This document shows positions 26,101 to 36,520 of a DNA stretch of 64,000 nucleotides, one piece after another (within the stretch, counting starts at the first letter, position 1; the number at the start of each line of letters is the position of its first letter). The notes beneath the pieces are model-generated. The model ran no database searches. It saw only the letters and a program-made list of their open reading frames with translations, and was not told the DNA's origin. Position numbers and translations under genes: made by a program. Location: positions 1,364,001-1,428,000 of the forward strand of contig JAYWIR010000006.1 in assembly GCA_036172245.1 (NCBI GenBank), read 5' to 3'. This stretch comes from Raillietiella orientalis. Its lineage: Eukaryota.

Positions 26101-28553
26101 CGTGGCGCGTGCACCCGGGAAAGCCGCTCTGACGAAGCTGTCGAGTTGTCGTTGTTGTTGTTCTTGGGGGGGGGGGGGGGAGGGGGAGGGGGGATCCCTT
26201 CCGCAAGGCGACTTCGATTTATTGCCTTCGAATCCTTGGAGTACAAACATCGCGAAGAGAACCAGCAGTGTCATTAACAAGCTAACCACCGGTTTCGAGA
26301 CAGCGAACCTGCAAACGCCGTTCTCTTCGGTAACAGATTGCATGCGCTTGCATCCGTTTCCCAAACGACGACGGAGCTCTTTTTTGTGCGAGCCTTCCCT
26401 CTTGAAAGCTACTTATTTGTACCTTCTTAATAAGAACAGGAGCGAAAGAATTCGATAATCGGGAGGGGGAGAGAGAAGAAGAAGAAGAAGAGGCAGCAGC
26501 AAGAGGAGGAGGAGGAGGAGAAAAAGTTTCGAATGCATTAAATTCTCATTCGGGCTCAATTAGCAGTCGCGATCGCTCGATTTCCAAGATGGCGACAGCC
26601 GCAACACCGGAAGAGCATTTTCGCTCATTGTTGCGCGTCCTGCATGCGGATGGGAAGATCCCCCGCAATTGATTCCCTCCCCCCTCCCCCTCCTCAGGAA
26701 CCGGAGCTACCGAAACCAGAGTCCATCCCTCTTTAATTACAAGTTGCAAAATCATCACTTTATTAAAACTATCATTAATAAGTAGTTCAACAAAAGCCAC
26801 ATGGTTGCAGCGGCCCCATGCAAAAGGAGAGAAACCGTTTGGGCCCTTCCAGATTGTAATTAATTACGGGGGTTCCGTGGGCGGCGTATTTCCTGTTCGC
26901 CGCCGTACGAACGATTCGGAAAGACCGTTCGTTCTTCTTCTCTGCCTGCTGCTGGCTGGCAGTCCACGCGGTTGCACCTCCGCTGCCGCTGAGCCTCCTC
27001 CTGGGGGCCCTCCGCTGCCCCTCACCATGCCCGGCATCCGGAATGAGCATGTGGAGGACTGTGCAGGGGGAGCCTCATCCGAATTGTTATTGTTTTTTTT
27101 TTTTTTTTTCTTTTGCTTGGGGGGGGGGGGGGAGAAAGAACCCCACCACCACCACGACACACACGCGCGCGCGCGCAACACACAAAGTACAAGAATTCAA
27201 GGTCTTTTGCTTTCACCCGATGAAACAAAAAAGCTGGATTTTGCATTCCCCTCCCCCCCCCCTCCTCCTCCTCCCCTCTTTCTCCTTTCCTTTCGTGAGA
27301 TCTGTTGAGACCTCAGCATGGAGGAAAGGTTTTCCTCCAAACCAAAAGTGATGGAGGCGTCGGCAGCCATGGGATAAAAACAACAGCGATCCATAGCGCC
27401 AAGTGCTGATGCACATATAATGAATCTGCGGGATAGCGCCAGGGAGCAGATTTCGGAGGAGCCGTCCCGACCGAGGCAGGTCGGTACTTGCGCTCGGCGG
27501 GCCGCGGAACCGCGCCGCAGGGCCTGGCGGGCGCGGGTGCGAGCAGCAGCAGCGCCCCTTTCGGCAGAGCGGGCGACACGTCCGAAGCCCCTCGCTTCCA
27601 TGGCGGAAGCAGGTAGCTCCTCCGTAGACCAGGAAGCGGCGAGCGGGTGCCCCCGCGCTCCTGGTCCTTCCCTCCCTCGGGAAGCGGCATCGCTCCCTTT
27701 GCTGCCGAGTCCCTCCATCCGGAAGGGACTCGGCAGCAGCCCCGAACGGACGGCGGCGGCGAAGAGGAGGAAGGAAGGGAAAAAAAAAAAAAAAGGAAAA
27801 CTGAACCGGAAGATAATTTTAAAAGCTCTTCTGATTATGTGCTCGCTAAAGAGTGGACGCTGCGGCAGTAATGGGCCGCGGCAGCAGCGACCGCGCTGCC
27901 GCTCGGCCCTTCGCGAAGACAGTCCGCTGTTGCGACAGCGTGCAATTACCCGGGACGTGACGCGTCGGTTCCCGCAGGTTTCCGTTCCTCGGTCGCACAC
28001 ATCCAGCCCAGCCGAAAGGCGGAGGCTGCCATGGAGACCGCGAAAGTTCCTCTTTTGCCGCCTCTCTCCCTCTCTCTCTCTCTCTCTTTTTCTTCCCCCT
28101 GTTCTCCCCGTTTTCGTTTTTTTCCCTCCTTTTTCCTCCTCCTTCCTCCTCTTTTCTCCCATTTTTTTTTTTTTTTTTTTTCCTCTTTCTGCCCACTCTC
28201 CGCTTTCTTTTTTTCTTCGCCTTTTGCAATCGCGCGTTGGCTGCAGCGAATGGGCCCTTCTTCTTCGAACGGCACCGATTGCATTTCACCAGGGAATCGG
28301 GCGGAGCTCCTTCTCCCCCCCCCCCCTCCTTCCCCCCACGAGGAAGCCGCTCCGTCGGACGGGACGTAACGGGAAGGGGTCTCCTCGCTCGCTCGGTGCG
28401 CAGCCGTCAGAGTGCGCGCGGGTGGAAGAGGAAATCGCGGAAACCTGCGGGCTGCTGATGTAACGGAGGTCACCTCGCCGCTCGCGGAGCTGACAGCTGC
28501 GTCGAAGGAGGGGGAGGGGGGGGGATGTGAAAAGGGTTCTTCTGGCTCTCCAC

Positions 28554-28607
28554 CTTCTTCTTCTTCTTCTTCTTCTTCTTCTTCTTCTTCTTCTTCTTCT
28601 TCTTCTT
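28554..28607. repeat. (CTT)18 microsatellite
   Basis: Uninterrupted CTT run about 1.2 kb upstream of the SoxC start. Confidence 0.95.
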
Positions 28608-29099
28608 GCTCCCCCTCCCTCCTTCCCTCGCGCGCAACTCCCGCGGCTGCTGCGAAGCGCCGCCGCCTCGCCCGCGAGGCGGCGGCACCGCGGGACGAGC
28701 GACGTCGTTAACTTTGAAGCGGGAGGGCCCCCTGGCGTAGACGGCTGCGTCTCCCCCTTGCCGGGGGGGACGGGAGAGAGAGAAGGCGGGGGGGGTGAGG
28801 GGGCGCGCTGGGAACCAGAGCGACTCCCGTCGTCTCTGGGAGGCGCGCCCTCCCGGACGGGAAGAGCAGGAAGGACAGAGCCCCTTTCCCGCTCCCGGGG
28901 CAGGCTGGGGGGGAGGGGGAAGGACGGAAAACGAAACCGAGGGGGGGACCCTCGAAGACCCTGGGGCAGCCCCTTGGTCGCTGCTCGGGGAAGGGGGGGG
29001 TGGGGCAGGGTCTGCCCTCCCTCCCGCGCGCGCCGCGAGGCAGCAGCAGCAGCAGCGACAAGACGGGAAGCGGGAGGAGGAGGCACGAGGAGCACGCAA

Positions 29100-29720
29100 T
29101 CCGAGGGCGCGCGCGCGCGCGCGCGTTTCACCTCCACCTGAAAGAGCGCGCGCGCAGCGAGGGGGAGAGCGGGAGAGCGAAACCTGGCCGGAAAGGTCGC
29201 GCAAGGGATTGGCTGCGCGCGATGACGTGTCTCGGCGATGCACAACAAAACCGCGCGGATCACGTGCGGCCGCAGCAGATGGCATCCGAGCGGCTTGCGT
29301 TGTGAGCGTTGCGTGCCGTTGGCAGGGACTGGCGGGAGCCACAGAGAAGTGAAGCAGCTTCGGAGGAGGAGGACGGGAGCGACAGGAAAACGAAAAGGCC
29401 AGGAAGGAGAAGCAAGCAGAGGGGGAGCCAAAAAACAAAACAAAACAAAAAAAAAAGAAAGAGCAGAAAGGGAAGCGAACGATTGCGGCGGAGGTCCAGA
29501 CACGGGAGCGCGCACGCAGGACAGGAAGAACCCTTCCACCCGCCTCCCCCCGGAGTCCCAGGGACAGGCGGACACGACAGGGAGGAGGAAGAAGAAAAGC
29601 GCGTGCAACGAAAGGTGAAGGAGAAGAGCCACGAGGAAAGCGAGTGCGAAGGGCAGGAGACGAGAAGGAAGAGGCGAGGAGGACGAGGAAGGGCATGGAA
29701 GGAACCTGTCAGTGTCGCCG
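29100..29720 (+). promoter_or_regulatory. Candidate SoxC proximal promoter / 5' leader region
   Basis: Alternating (GC)n run at 29107-29125, reverse CCAAT (ATTGG) at 29208-29212, CRE-like TGACGT at 29223-29228 and Inr-like TCAGTG at 29709-29714. The TSS cannot be fixed from sequence alone. Confidence 0.35.
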
Positions 29721-29872
29721 CCCTCTTCCCTGTGCACGTCTCGGATGAGCTCGCAGTGTCCCCAGCCCGCCCCGTTTTCCCCCTGCCATGCCCGTCCCCG
29801 CCACTCGGAATGACCGGCGTGGGCAGCGAAGACGCGGCGGCCCACGGTTGTCTCGGTAGCCGGGGTGCCAGC

Positions 29873-30004
29873 ATGGTCTCCTCCGGGAAAGACAATCCCG
29901 ATTCCCCCACCCTGCCCCGCTCTCAGGAAGCCCCAGGGGAGATGGTGTTCGGATCCCTCCTGGTCAACGCCAACTCGGCGACGCCTTACACGGACGCCAC
30001 GCAG
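29873..30004 (+). CDS. SoxC: SoxC (Sox14/SOX4-11-12 group) coding exon 1; alternative in-frame start at 29810
   Basis: ATG at 29873 has a strong context (gccagcATGG) and reads MVSSGKDNPDSPTLPRSQEAPGEMVFGSLLVNANSATPYTDATQ. The exon ends at a phase-0 donor, CAG|GTCAGT (30004/30005). FGSLLV...S.TPYTDATQ is the segment that precedes the HMG box in arthropod SoxC (from knowledge of Drosophila Sox14 TPYTDATQTKK). An upstream in-frame ATG at 29810 would add 21 aa. Confidence 0.85.
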
Positions 30005-31184
30005 GTCAGTGCCGCTGTGTGTGTGTCTGCCTGCACAGGGGATGACGGCGTGGGGTGTAGGGGATGACCCTCCGGCACGCTTACACTGCACGTGCGCTTG
30101 TGTGTGCTGCCGGGAAGGGGGTTCTGGGAGCACCCAGGTTTCCTCCTCCTCGTGTGTGTTTTGTTCCCTGCGGGTCGTCTGGAACGCGCGTGGGCATTCC
30201 GGTTGGAGGTGGCGGCAGGCGCCAGGTGCTCGTTGACGTGCTCATGTGGGGAGGGGAGTGAAGGAGTCTGCTCGCGCCCTGAGGCAGAAGAAACCCGAGC
30301 GCTCCCCTCCTCCTCCCCCTGCCCTTGGGTGTGTCCTTGACACGGACGCGCGCGACGGGAAAGAGCATCCTTGAAATGACTGCATGGTCATCGAACGCCC
30401 GTCTGCCGGCGCCTTTCCGCGTGGCGATTTCCTTGCAGCTTTTTTTTTTTTTTTTCGTGCTTTTCTTCTCTCTCTCTCTCGCCCCCTTCGTGCTTCGCCC
30501 CTCCTCCGTCCCGAGGGGGAAGGCAGTAAGGGTTGTTCTCCCGCCAAGCTACTTGTCCCGCGTCTCTCTTGCTCTGCTCCCGAGACGGGAGGGGGGTTTG
30601 GCTAAGAGGCGCCCCCTACCCTTGAAGAGGAGGACACCTTTCTTCGCTCCTGCGGGCGGCTTTCCACGGGCTTCAGGGCGGTCAGCTCGTGCGACCTGCG
30701 AGTCGGTCGCATCCATGGCGACAGCTTCTGCGTCCCTCCCGGTGAGGTTTTTGAACGCACCCCGTCCTGTTGGAGGCGCGGCGGCGCGCTCGCTGGGCCG
30801 CTTGCCAGGACCGACGACGACGCGCATGCTGCACACGACCTTTCGCTGCCTCCTTCCGGTGCTCTCGGCCAGCGTTTCCAGCGAGACGCTCCGCGCGGCG
30901 GCGGCGGGGAGGAGGAGGAACGGTCGGCATGGCCTTGCTGCCTCCTACTTCCTTCCCCTCACACGATCGCGGACCCGGAAGGAGTCGCGACGTCAGCCTC
31001 CGCACAGAAGTACTAGGGAGGGAAGCCGCCTACTCCCAAAGGACCGGGATAAAAAAGCTCACGTCTCCGGGGATTGATCACCACCCCAACCGCGCCTTCC
31101 TCCCTTCCCGCTCTCCTTCCTCTTCTGCGCTCGCGTCTTCCCCCCCGTCGCCGCCTCTTCTAAACTTCGCTTTTTCGCTTCCAG
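30005..31184 (+). other. SoxC: SoxC intron (1180 nt, GT-AG, phase 0)
   Basis: Donor GTCAGT at 30005, branch-like CTAAAC at 31160-31165, pyrimidine tract ttcgctttttcgcttcc and CAG ending at 31184. Splicing joins ...[20 protein letters not shown] in frame. Confidence 0.88.
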
Positions 31185-32324
31185 ACCAAGAAGAACAACC
31201 CCAACCACATCAAGCGGCCGATGAACGCTTTTATGGTGTGGTCGCAGCTGGAGCGGCGGAAGATTGTCGAGCGCCAGCCGGACCTGCACAACGCGGAGAT
31301 CTCGAAGAGACTGGGCCGCATCTGGAAGACGTTGAACGACGACGAGCGCCGCCCTTTCATCGAGGAGGCCGAGAGGCTGCGCATCCTCCACATGAAGGAG
31401 TACCCCGACTACAAGTACCGCCCTCGTAAGAAAGCCAAGTCTACGACCTCGTCGAGCACGGCGGAACCCAAACCCAAGAACGCCAAGTGCAGCAGCCCGG
31501 AGTCCAACAACAACTCCTCCACTCTGAACCGCAACAGCGCCTCCGCCCCGAGCGCGGCCTCCTCCAAACTCCTGGTCACCAACAACTCCTCCCGGGCGCG
31601 CTTCATCCCCGGCCGCCTGACCGGCGTCAACCACAGCAAGCTGAAGCTCAAGGTGACCATCGACGGCAAGCTGAAGGAGACGCTGAAGCGGGGGAGCCCG
31701 GAGGCTGTCCCCGCCGCGAACCTGGTCGTCGCGCAGCAGCGGCTCGCCTCCCCGCCCAAAGTGCCCGCCAGCCCGTCTTCCGAGGTCCCGGACTCACCGG
31801 AGAGCGCCTCCTTCTACGACGAACCCTCCTCCCGCCAGGTGCCGGTGCCTTCTCTGCACCTGGGCAAGTTGGTCTTCGTGAAAGCGGAGCTGCCGGCCAG
31901 CGTGCCTTCGGACCACGGTCCCATGTTCCCCGTGGCGCGGCTCAAGTCGGAGGACAACGTGCCCTTCGGAGAGCCCCTCCTGAGTTTCTCGGGCCACCAG
32001 CCCGACGACGTAGCCATCAAGCAGGAGCACCTGGAGCCGCCCACGACCTCGCTGGCGGACCTCGACCTGCTAACCGACCTGCTCGAGATGCCCTCCGACT
32101 TCAAGATAGACTTCAGCAGTTTCGCGGACGACCTGGAGAACGGCGACGCCGCGGCGGCGGCGGCGGTCGCTGCCGCCGCCGCCGCCACCAGCGGGGTCGC
32201 TGACGTCGAATCCCACTTCGAGTTCCTGTGCGCCAGCGACGGCGCCGACGTCCTGAACCCCGTCGTCGGGAGCAGCGACGATTGGAACATGGACAGCGGT
32301 TTCGGGAACTTGGTGACCTGCTAG
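31185..32324 (+). CDS. SoxC: SoxC coding exon 2: complete HMG box and C-terminal SoxC transactivation-like domain
   Basis: [83 protein letters not shown] at 31185-31433 is a SoxC-type HMG box ([19 protein letters not shown]...PD.HNAEISK.LG). It is followed by [18 protein letters not shown] and a C-terminal SHFEF...DW....NLV resembling the SOX4/11 TAD. Third codon positions are strongly C/G-biased. Stop TAG at 32322-32324. Confidence 0.96.
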   Translation, partial: TKKNNPNHIKRPMNAFMVWSQLERRKIVERQPDLHNAEISKRLGRIWKTLNDDERRPFIEEAERLRILHMKEYPDYKYRPRKKAKSTTSSSTAEPKPKNAKCSSPESNNNSSTLNRNSASAPSAASSKLLVTNNSSRARFIPGRLTGVNHSKLKLKVTIDGKLKETLKRGSPEAVPAANLVVAQQRLASPPKVPASPSSEVPDSPESASFYDEPSSRQVPVPSLHLGKLVFVKAELPASVPSDHGPMFPVARLKSEDNVPFGEPLLSFSGHQPDDVAIKQEHLEPPTTSLADLDLLTDLLEMPSDFKIDFSSFADDLENGDAAAAAAVAAAAAATSGVADVESHFEFLCASDGADVLNPVVGSSDDWNMDSGFGNLVTC

Positions 32325-32793
32325 GTGCACGCTCCTCCGGGATTTCGTTCCTCATCCTCCTCCCCTTCCCCACGACTCCCTCCCCCCCCCCCCGAGGCAA
32401 AAAAAAACAAACAAATAAGTGAACTCCTTGTCACACTGCTCGTCTTCGGGAACTCCTGCAGAAGAAGAAGAAGCGGTCTTTGTGCGAGTGCGTTGATCTG
32501 TTTTTTTTTTTTTTTTTATAGAATCTTTTTTTTTTTTTTTTTTTGAAAAAAAGAAAAAAAAAAGGAGGGGGGAACATGAAACGAAGAGGAAGGGTGTGCT
32601 TGGTCCTTCCTTTCCCCACGGAAAGTTCCGGCTCTGTTGCCGTCGGCCCGCAAGGGAACGGAAAGCGAGAAAGGACAGTGACGACGGCAGCATCCACCGA
32701 AAGCGGAAGGAAACGCGTGTGCACTCCGCTGGACGCTCTGCTGGACCACTTTTTTTGCCGAAATGATCTATTTACTGATAGGAGAGTATTTTT

Positions 32794-32799
32794 ATTAAA
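32794..32799 (+). promoter_or_regulatory. Candidate polyadenylation signal ATTAAA for SoxC
   Basis: ATTAAA lies in an AT-rich patch (32750-32815) about 470 nt after the stop. I saw no canonical AATAAA closer. The true 3' end may be further downstream. Confidence 0.3.
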
Positions 32800-35564
32800 T
32801 TGATATTCACATGTTCCTGGCGGTTCTTTATCTCGCGCATCCCGTTGCCACGGGCGCGCGCTCCGTGCTGCGCGTCTCGCCGCCGATGGCGGCGGGGTCT
32901 CCGTGCCGTGGCTACGAGACGCAGCCGCCGCCGCCTCTGGGTCTTTCTACACCCTCCCTGCTCCTCCTCCTCACCTGCACCGCTTCCGCCCACCTTCGGA
33001 AGCGCCTGGCGCGCTCTCCCCCAGTGCTGCTGCTGTTGTGCATCGGAGGGAGGGATCGTGGGTTGTAGCGATGGTGGTGACAACGTGGGTTCTCGAGCCG
33101 GCGAAGCCCTCCCCCCTTCCCCATCCCGTTTTGCTCCCTCTTCCAACTCTTCTCGTCTGGCCCTCTGAAGCCACGGGGGCATGGAGCGCGAGCCGTGCTT
33201 TTTCTCGCCTCCTCCCGGCGGCTGTTATGCCCGGCAACGCTCTTCCCCGGGGAGGTGCCTGCTTCGGGCAGGAGGCGATCGTCCCAGGTAGTGCGCATCG
33301 ATCTCCCTTCCTCCCGCCTCAGACCCATGCCGTGGAAAAAAAAAAAAAAAAGGTCTCCATCCGGACCATTGCGACCCATCGTAGCGGACCCGCCTCCCTC
33401 CTTCAAAGAGCGTCCTCCGCCCTCCGGGCCTCCACGCCTGCCGGAGACGCAGTGCGAGGATTTTCCCCTTCCTTCTCCTCCCCCCATTTCTCCCCTTCCT
33501 TCCCTAAGCGGGCGGGCAATCTGGAGCGCAGATGCACTTTGTCTTGGTGCCGCCGCCGGGGTCCGTGCCGGGCGTGAAATTTGCCCGTCTCCCTCCGGAT
33601 CGAGGCAAGGTTACCATGGCGTTTTTGCGGCTGCTCGTGACGCTCGCTGGTCGTCGCCGCCTCGGGTGAGAGGAGGGGGGGAGCGGTTAAATCGAGGTGG
33701 AGAGGCGGGGAACAAAAAAAAGGAAAGGGCAGAGGGGTTTGCACGCGTCTGGAGCCTGGTAAGAGAGAGAGACGGGTCCGTGGAGCCAGGGGTCTCCCCG
33801 CTGCCGCCTCCGCGACCCGTGTGGGTGTTCCGTCTTCCCACCCACCTGCCCACGAGGGGTGCGACCACGACGACGACAACGACGCGACGCGACGCGCTCT
33901 TGGCGCTTCACGGCGGCGCGGGAAGCGGAGGACGTCGCGCGCGCGCGTGGCAAAAAAGAGGAGGGGAGACGGGGGCAGCTCCCCCCCCCCTCTTCGCTTC
34001 GTCCTCGGAGGAAGACTTTGAGGCTTCGTCCGTGCGGGCTGGCCCCTTTCCAGCCGCCCGATGATTTGGACCACAACCAAACGCCGCTGCGTTCCCGATG
34101 ATGACTTTGGAACGGGCGAGGGGGGGAGGCCGTCGTGGGAGACTGGCAGACGGAGCGCGCGGCAATGTTCTGGGACGCGCGCGCGCACGCGCGGGAGACT
34201 CGGCTGCTGCGCGATGGACGGCGGCGCGGTGCGCGCAGCCTGCGAGGCGGGGGAGAGCCGAGAACAACGAACGCCCTTCCCTCCTCTCCCGGCCGACCTG
34301 CCTGCTTCCCGCGGGAGAGTCCTCGCCTCGCATCCGCGCTTGCTGCTTCGCGGGGTCGAGGCACGTTTTCCTCCCAGCACGCACCAGGGGGGGGGGGAAG
34401 AGATTCCGAGGAGGGCAGCCGCAGCTGCCTTCGCCGTGACCTGCAGGGGAGGAGGCAGTACGCGCGCGCGCGCGCGCCGACGGAACTTCCTTGTCCCCTC
34501 TCCCCATTCCCCGGTTCGGCCTTCCGGCTCTCCGTGCCGCGTGACCCAGGATCCCGCCGGAGCGTTCCCGCGGGAAGAATGCGTTGTCTCCAGGGTTCTC
34601 CCGTCGCTGGGACGCCGCCTCCCCAGGTCTCCCCAGGTTGTCGTCGTCACCGCGACGACGACCCGGGGAGTCCGAAGGCGAAATCTCTGCCTGCCGGCCC
34701 TCAAACGCCGACACCCTCGGTTCCGGAAGACGGTGCTCCCAATCGCCAAGGGCGCCACCGTCGTTCCCGAGGACGGCAGAAAGAGGCGGGGGCAGTCGCG
34801 GCCGCCGAAGGGGACGGGCCAGGGCCGCGGCAGCAAGCGGGCGTAGCGCAGGCGCTTCCGCCACCCTGCGCGGAAAAAAAAAAGAAAAAGAAGGGAGGAG
34901 GAGGAGGAGGAGGGGGGGGGAGAAACGCCGTGTTGCTTCGGCGCCTCGGTTTCATCACATCCGCTTCTACTCGAGGTGGAAGATCCGTATCTCCGCGTCG
35001 CCTTCGCAGGGCGGAACGGAAGGCGCGCCAACGCAGGAACGCACGCGCGAAGGGAGGCTTTCAAGTGGGCAGAGGGCTGACTGGGAAGTCACGGGCGACT
35101 CGAGCGGGGCGCGCACCGCGACCTGGCGGTGGTGCGCAGTGATGGCGGGCGGCTCGCCCTCCCCTACGGGTACGAGGAAGGGCGCGCGTTTCGCACTCAC
35201 GGTCACCTCGGAACCCTGTCGCTCTAACTGCCCCCCACTCGGCACAGAGGCGCGTGGCGTCAAGCGGTCGCCGTTGTCGGCGAGCGGAGGGAAGGAGGAG
35301 GGGAGGAGAGGAGAGCGGAGGAGAACGCGGGTCGTTTCCAAGGTGAGAACGATGCCGTGAAGCGTGTAACCGACCGCTTGCGCCGGGGAAACCTGCGGCC
35401 TGGGAGGAGGGGAGCGAGTGGTGCCACATCTCGCTCCCATTCGCCGCCAAGCTAACGCAAGAGAGTGCCCGCACTTCCGTTTGCGTTCGCGCGGCGGATG
35501 TGAAACGCAACAATGGAACGGGCAAGCAGCCTATCAGGACGCGGGGCGGCGAACACGTGCTCCT

Positions 35565-36520
35565 AGGCGACAGGTGTTCGTGATCGGTGTACCCCGCGAT
35601 GCTGCCGTGTCCGCTCCGAAATCGACTTGTGGAAGGGTCGGTCGTGTTTCTGGAAGGACGGACGACCCTCGAGGACCCGTCGCAGGCACTCGCTCTCTCG
35701 CCGTCGTCAGGTGTGCAACAGAGGATGAGCAGACCGCGCACCATCGCGGGAGACGGTGGAAGAAGCGCGGAAGAGGAGGAGGGCAAGGGAGAAGGAAAAA
35801 TAGGTGTCGGGAGCTCCTGTTATTCCTGCTTGCGATCTGCCGGTCGCAAGCTGCTGCTTCGCGGGGCTTTCGATGCTATCGAGAGGATTCCTTCCCTTTG
35901 TTTTTGGCTTTTTTCCTTTTGCATTTGTTAGCGGTCGGGAGACCGCAGGAGAAAGAGAAGGAAAACCAGACGAGAGATGAGAGCCAAACTGTATGCAGTT
36001 CCGTCACCATTGCCTTCCCCCCCTCCCCCCCGCGCGTTCATTGCTCGCTTTTTTCGAGAGGAGGATGAATGCGCAACGGCTTCCGCTCGTTCCATGCCGC
36101 TCGCCGCGGTGGAAGAGGAAGATTTTCGCGCGCTTCACGACACCCCCCCTTCCCCTCCCCCTTTCCTTCCCCGGTACGCGGCATTTCGGTGACCGTGCTG
36201 CTTACCGCTTCTCGTTTGCTGGCGACACAGCTGCGGTTCCCCAGACCAAGAAATCAGGACCTGACAGCAGTGGCACCCGATGGATTGGCACCGCTCGTGT
36301 CTCGGGACGAATGGCATTCCTGAGAGAGCGGATGGATGCGGACGACGTCAGCACGTTGCCGTCCGCGACGACAACGTGCTGGCGTGCGAGTTTCTCGAAC
36401 AGAAGTCGGCGTCCAAATTGGACTGTTGCCCCGGGCAACGCCGTCGAGCGACGAGGGGTCCTTCCCATTGCTGACAGCACAGTCAGTGCTAGGACGAGCG
36501 GGACGATTGATCGCCAGGAT
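35565..36520 (+). mobile_element. Decayed L1/Tx1-like LINE: ORF1 remnant followed by an APE endonuclease remnant
   Basis: QVFVIGVPRD...GRV...GTR and ICRSQ...GFRCYRED (~CfrC.reGH knuckle) are followed at about 36270 by RWIGTA...FLRERMDADDV..L....W...W...GN..RRGV (~EN N-terminus). The domain order ORF1 then EN is correct. Confidence 0.45.

Noticed and set aside
29309..30067. 252-aa ORF as a standalone gene
   Set aside because: Only its 29810/29873-30004 part is SoxC exon 1. The rest is low-complexity leader and intron read-through.
31059..32400. Antisense and alternate-frame ORFs over SoxC exon 2
   Set aside because: These are shadow ORFs caused by strong GC3 bias in the real CDS.
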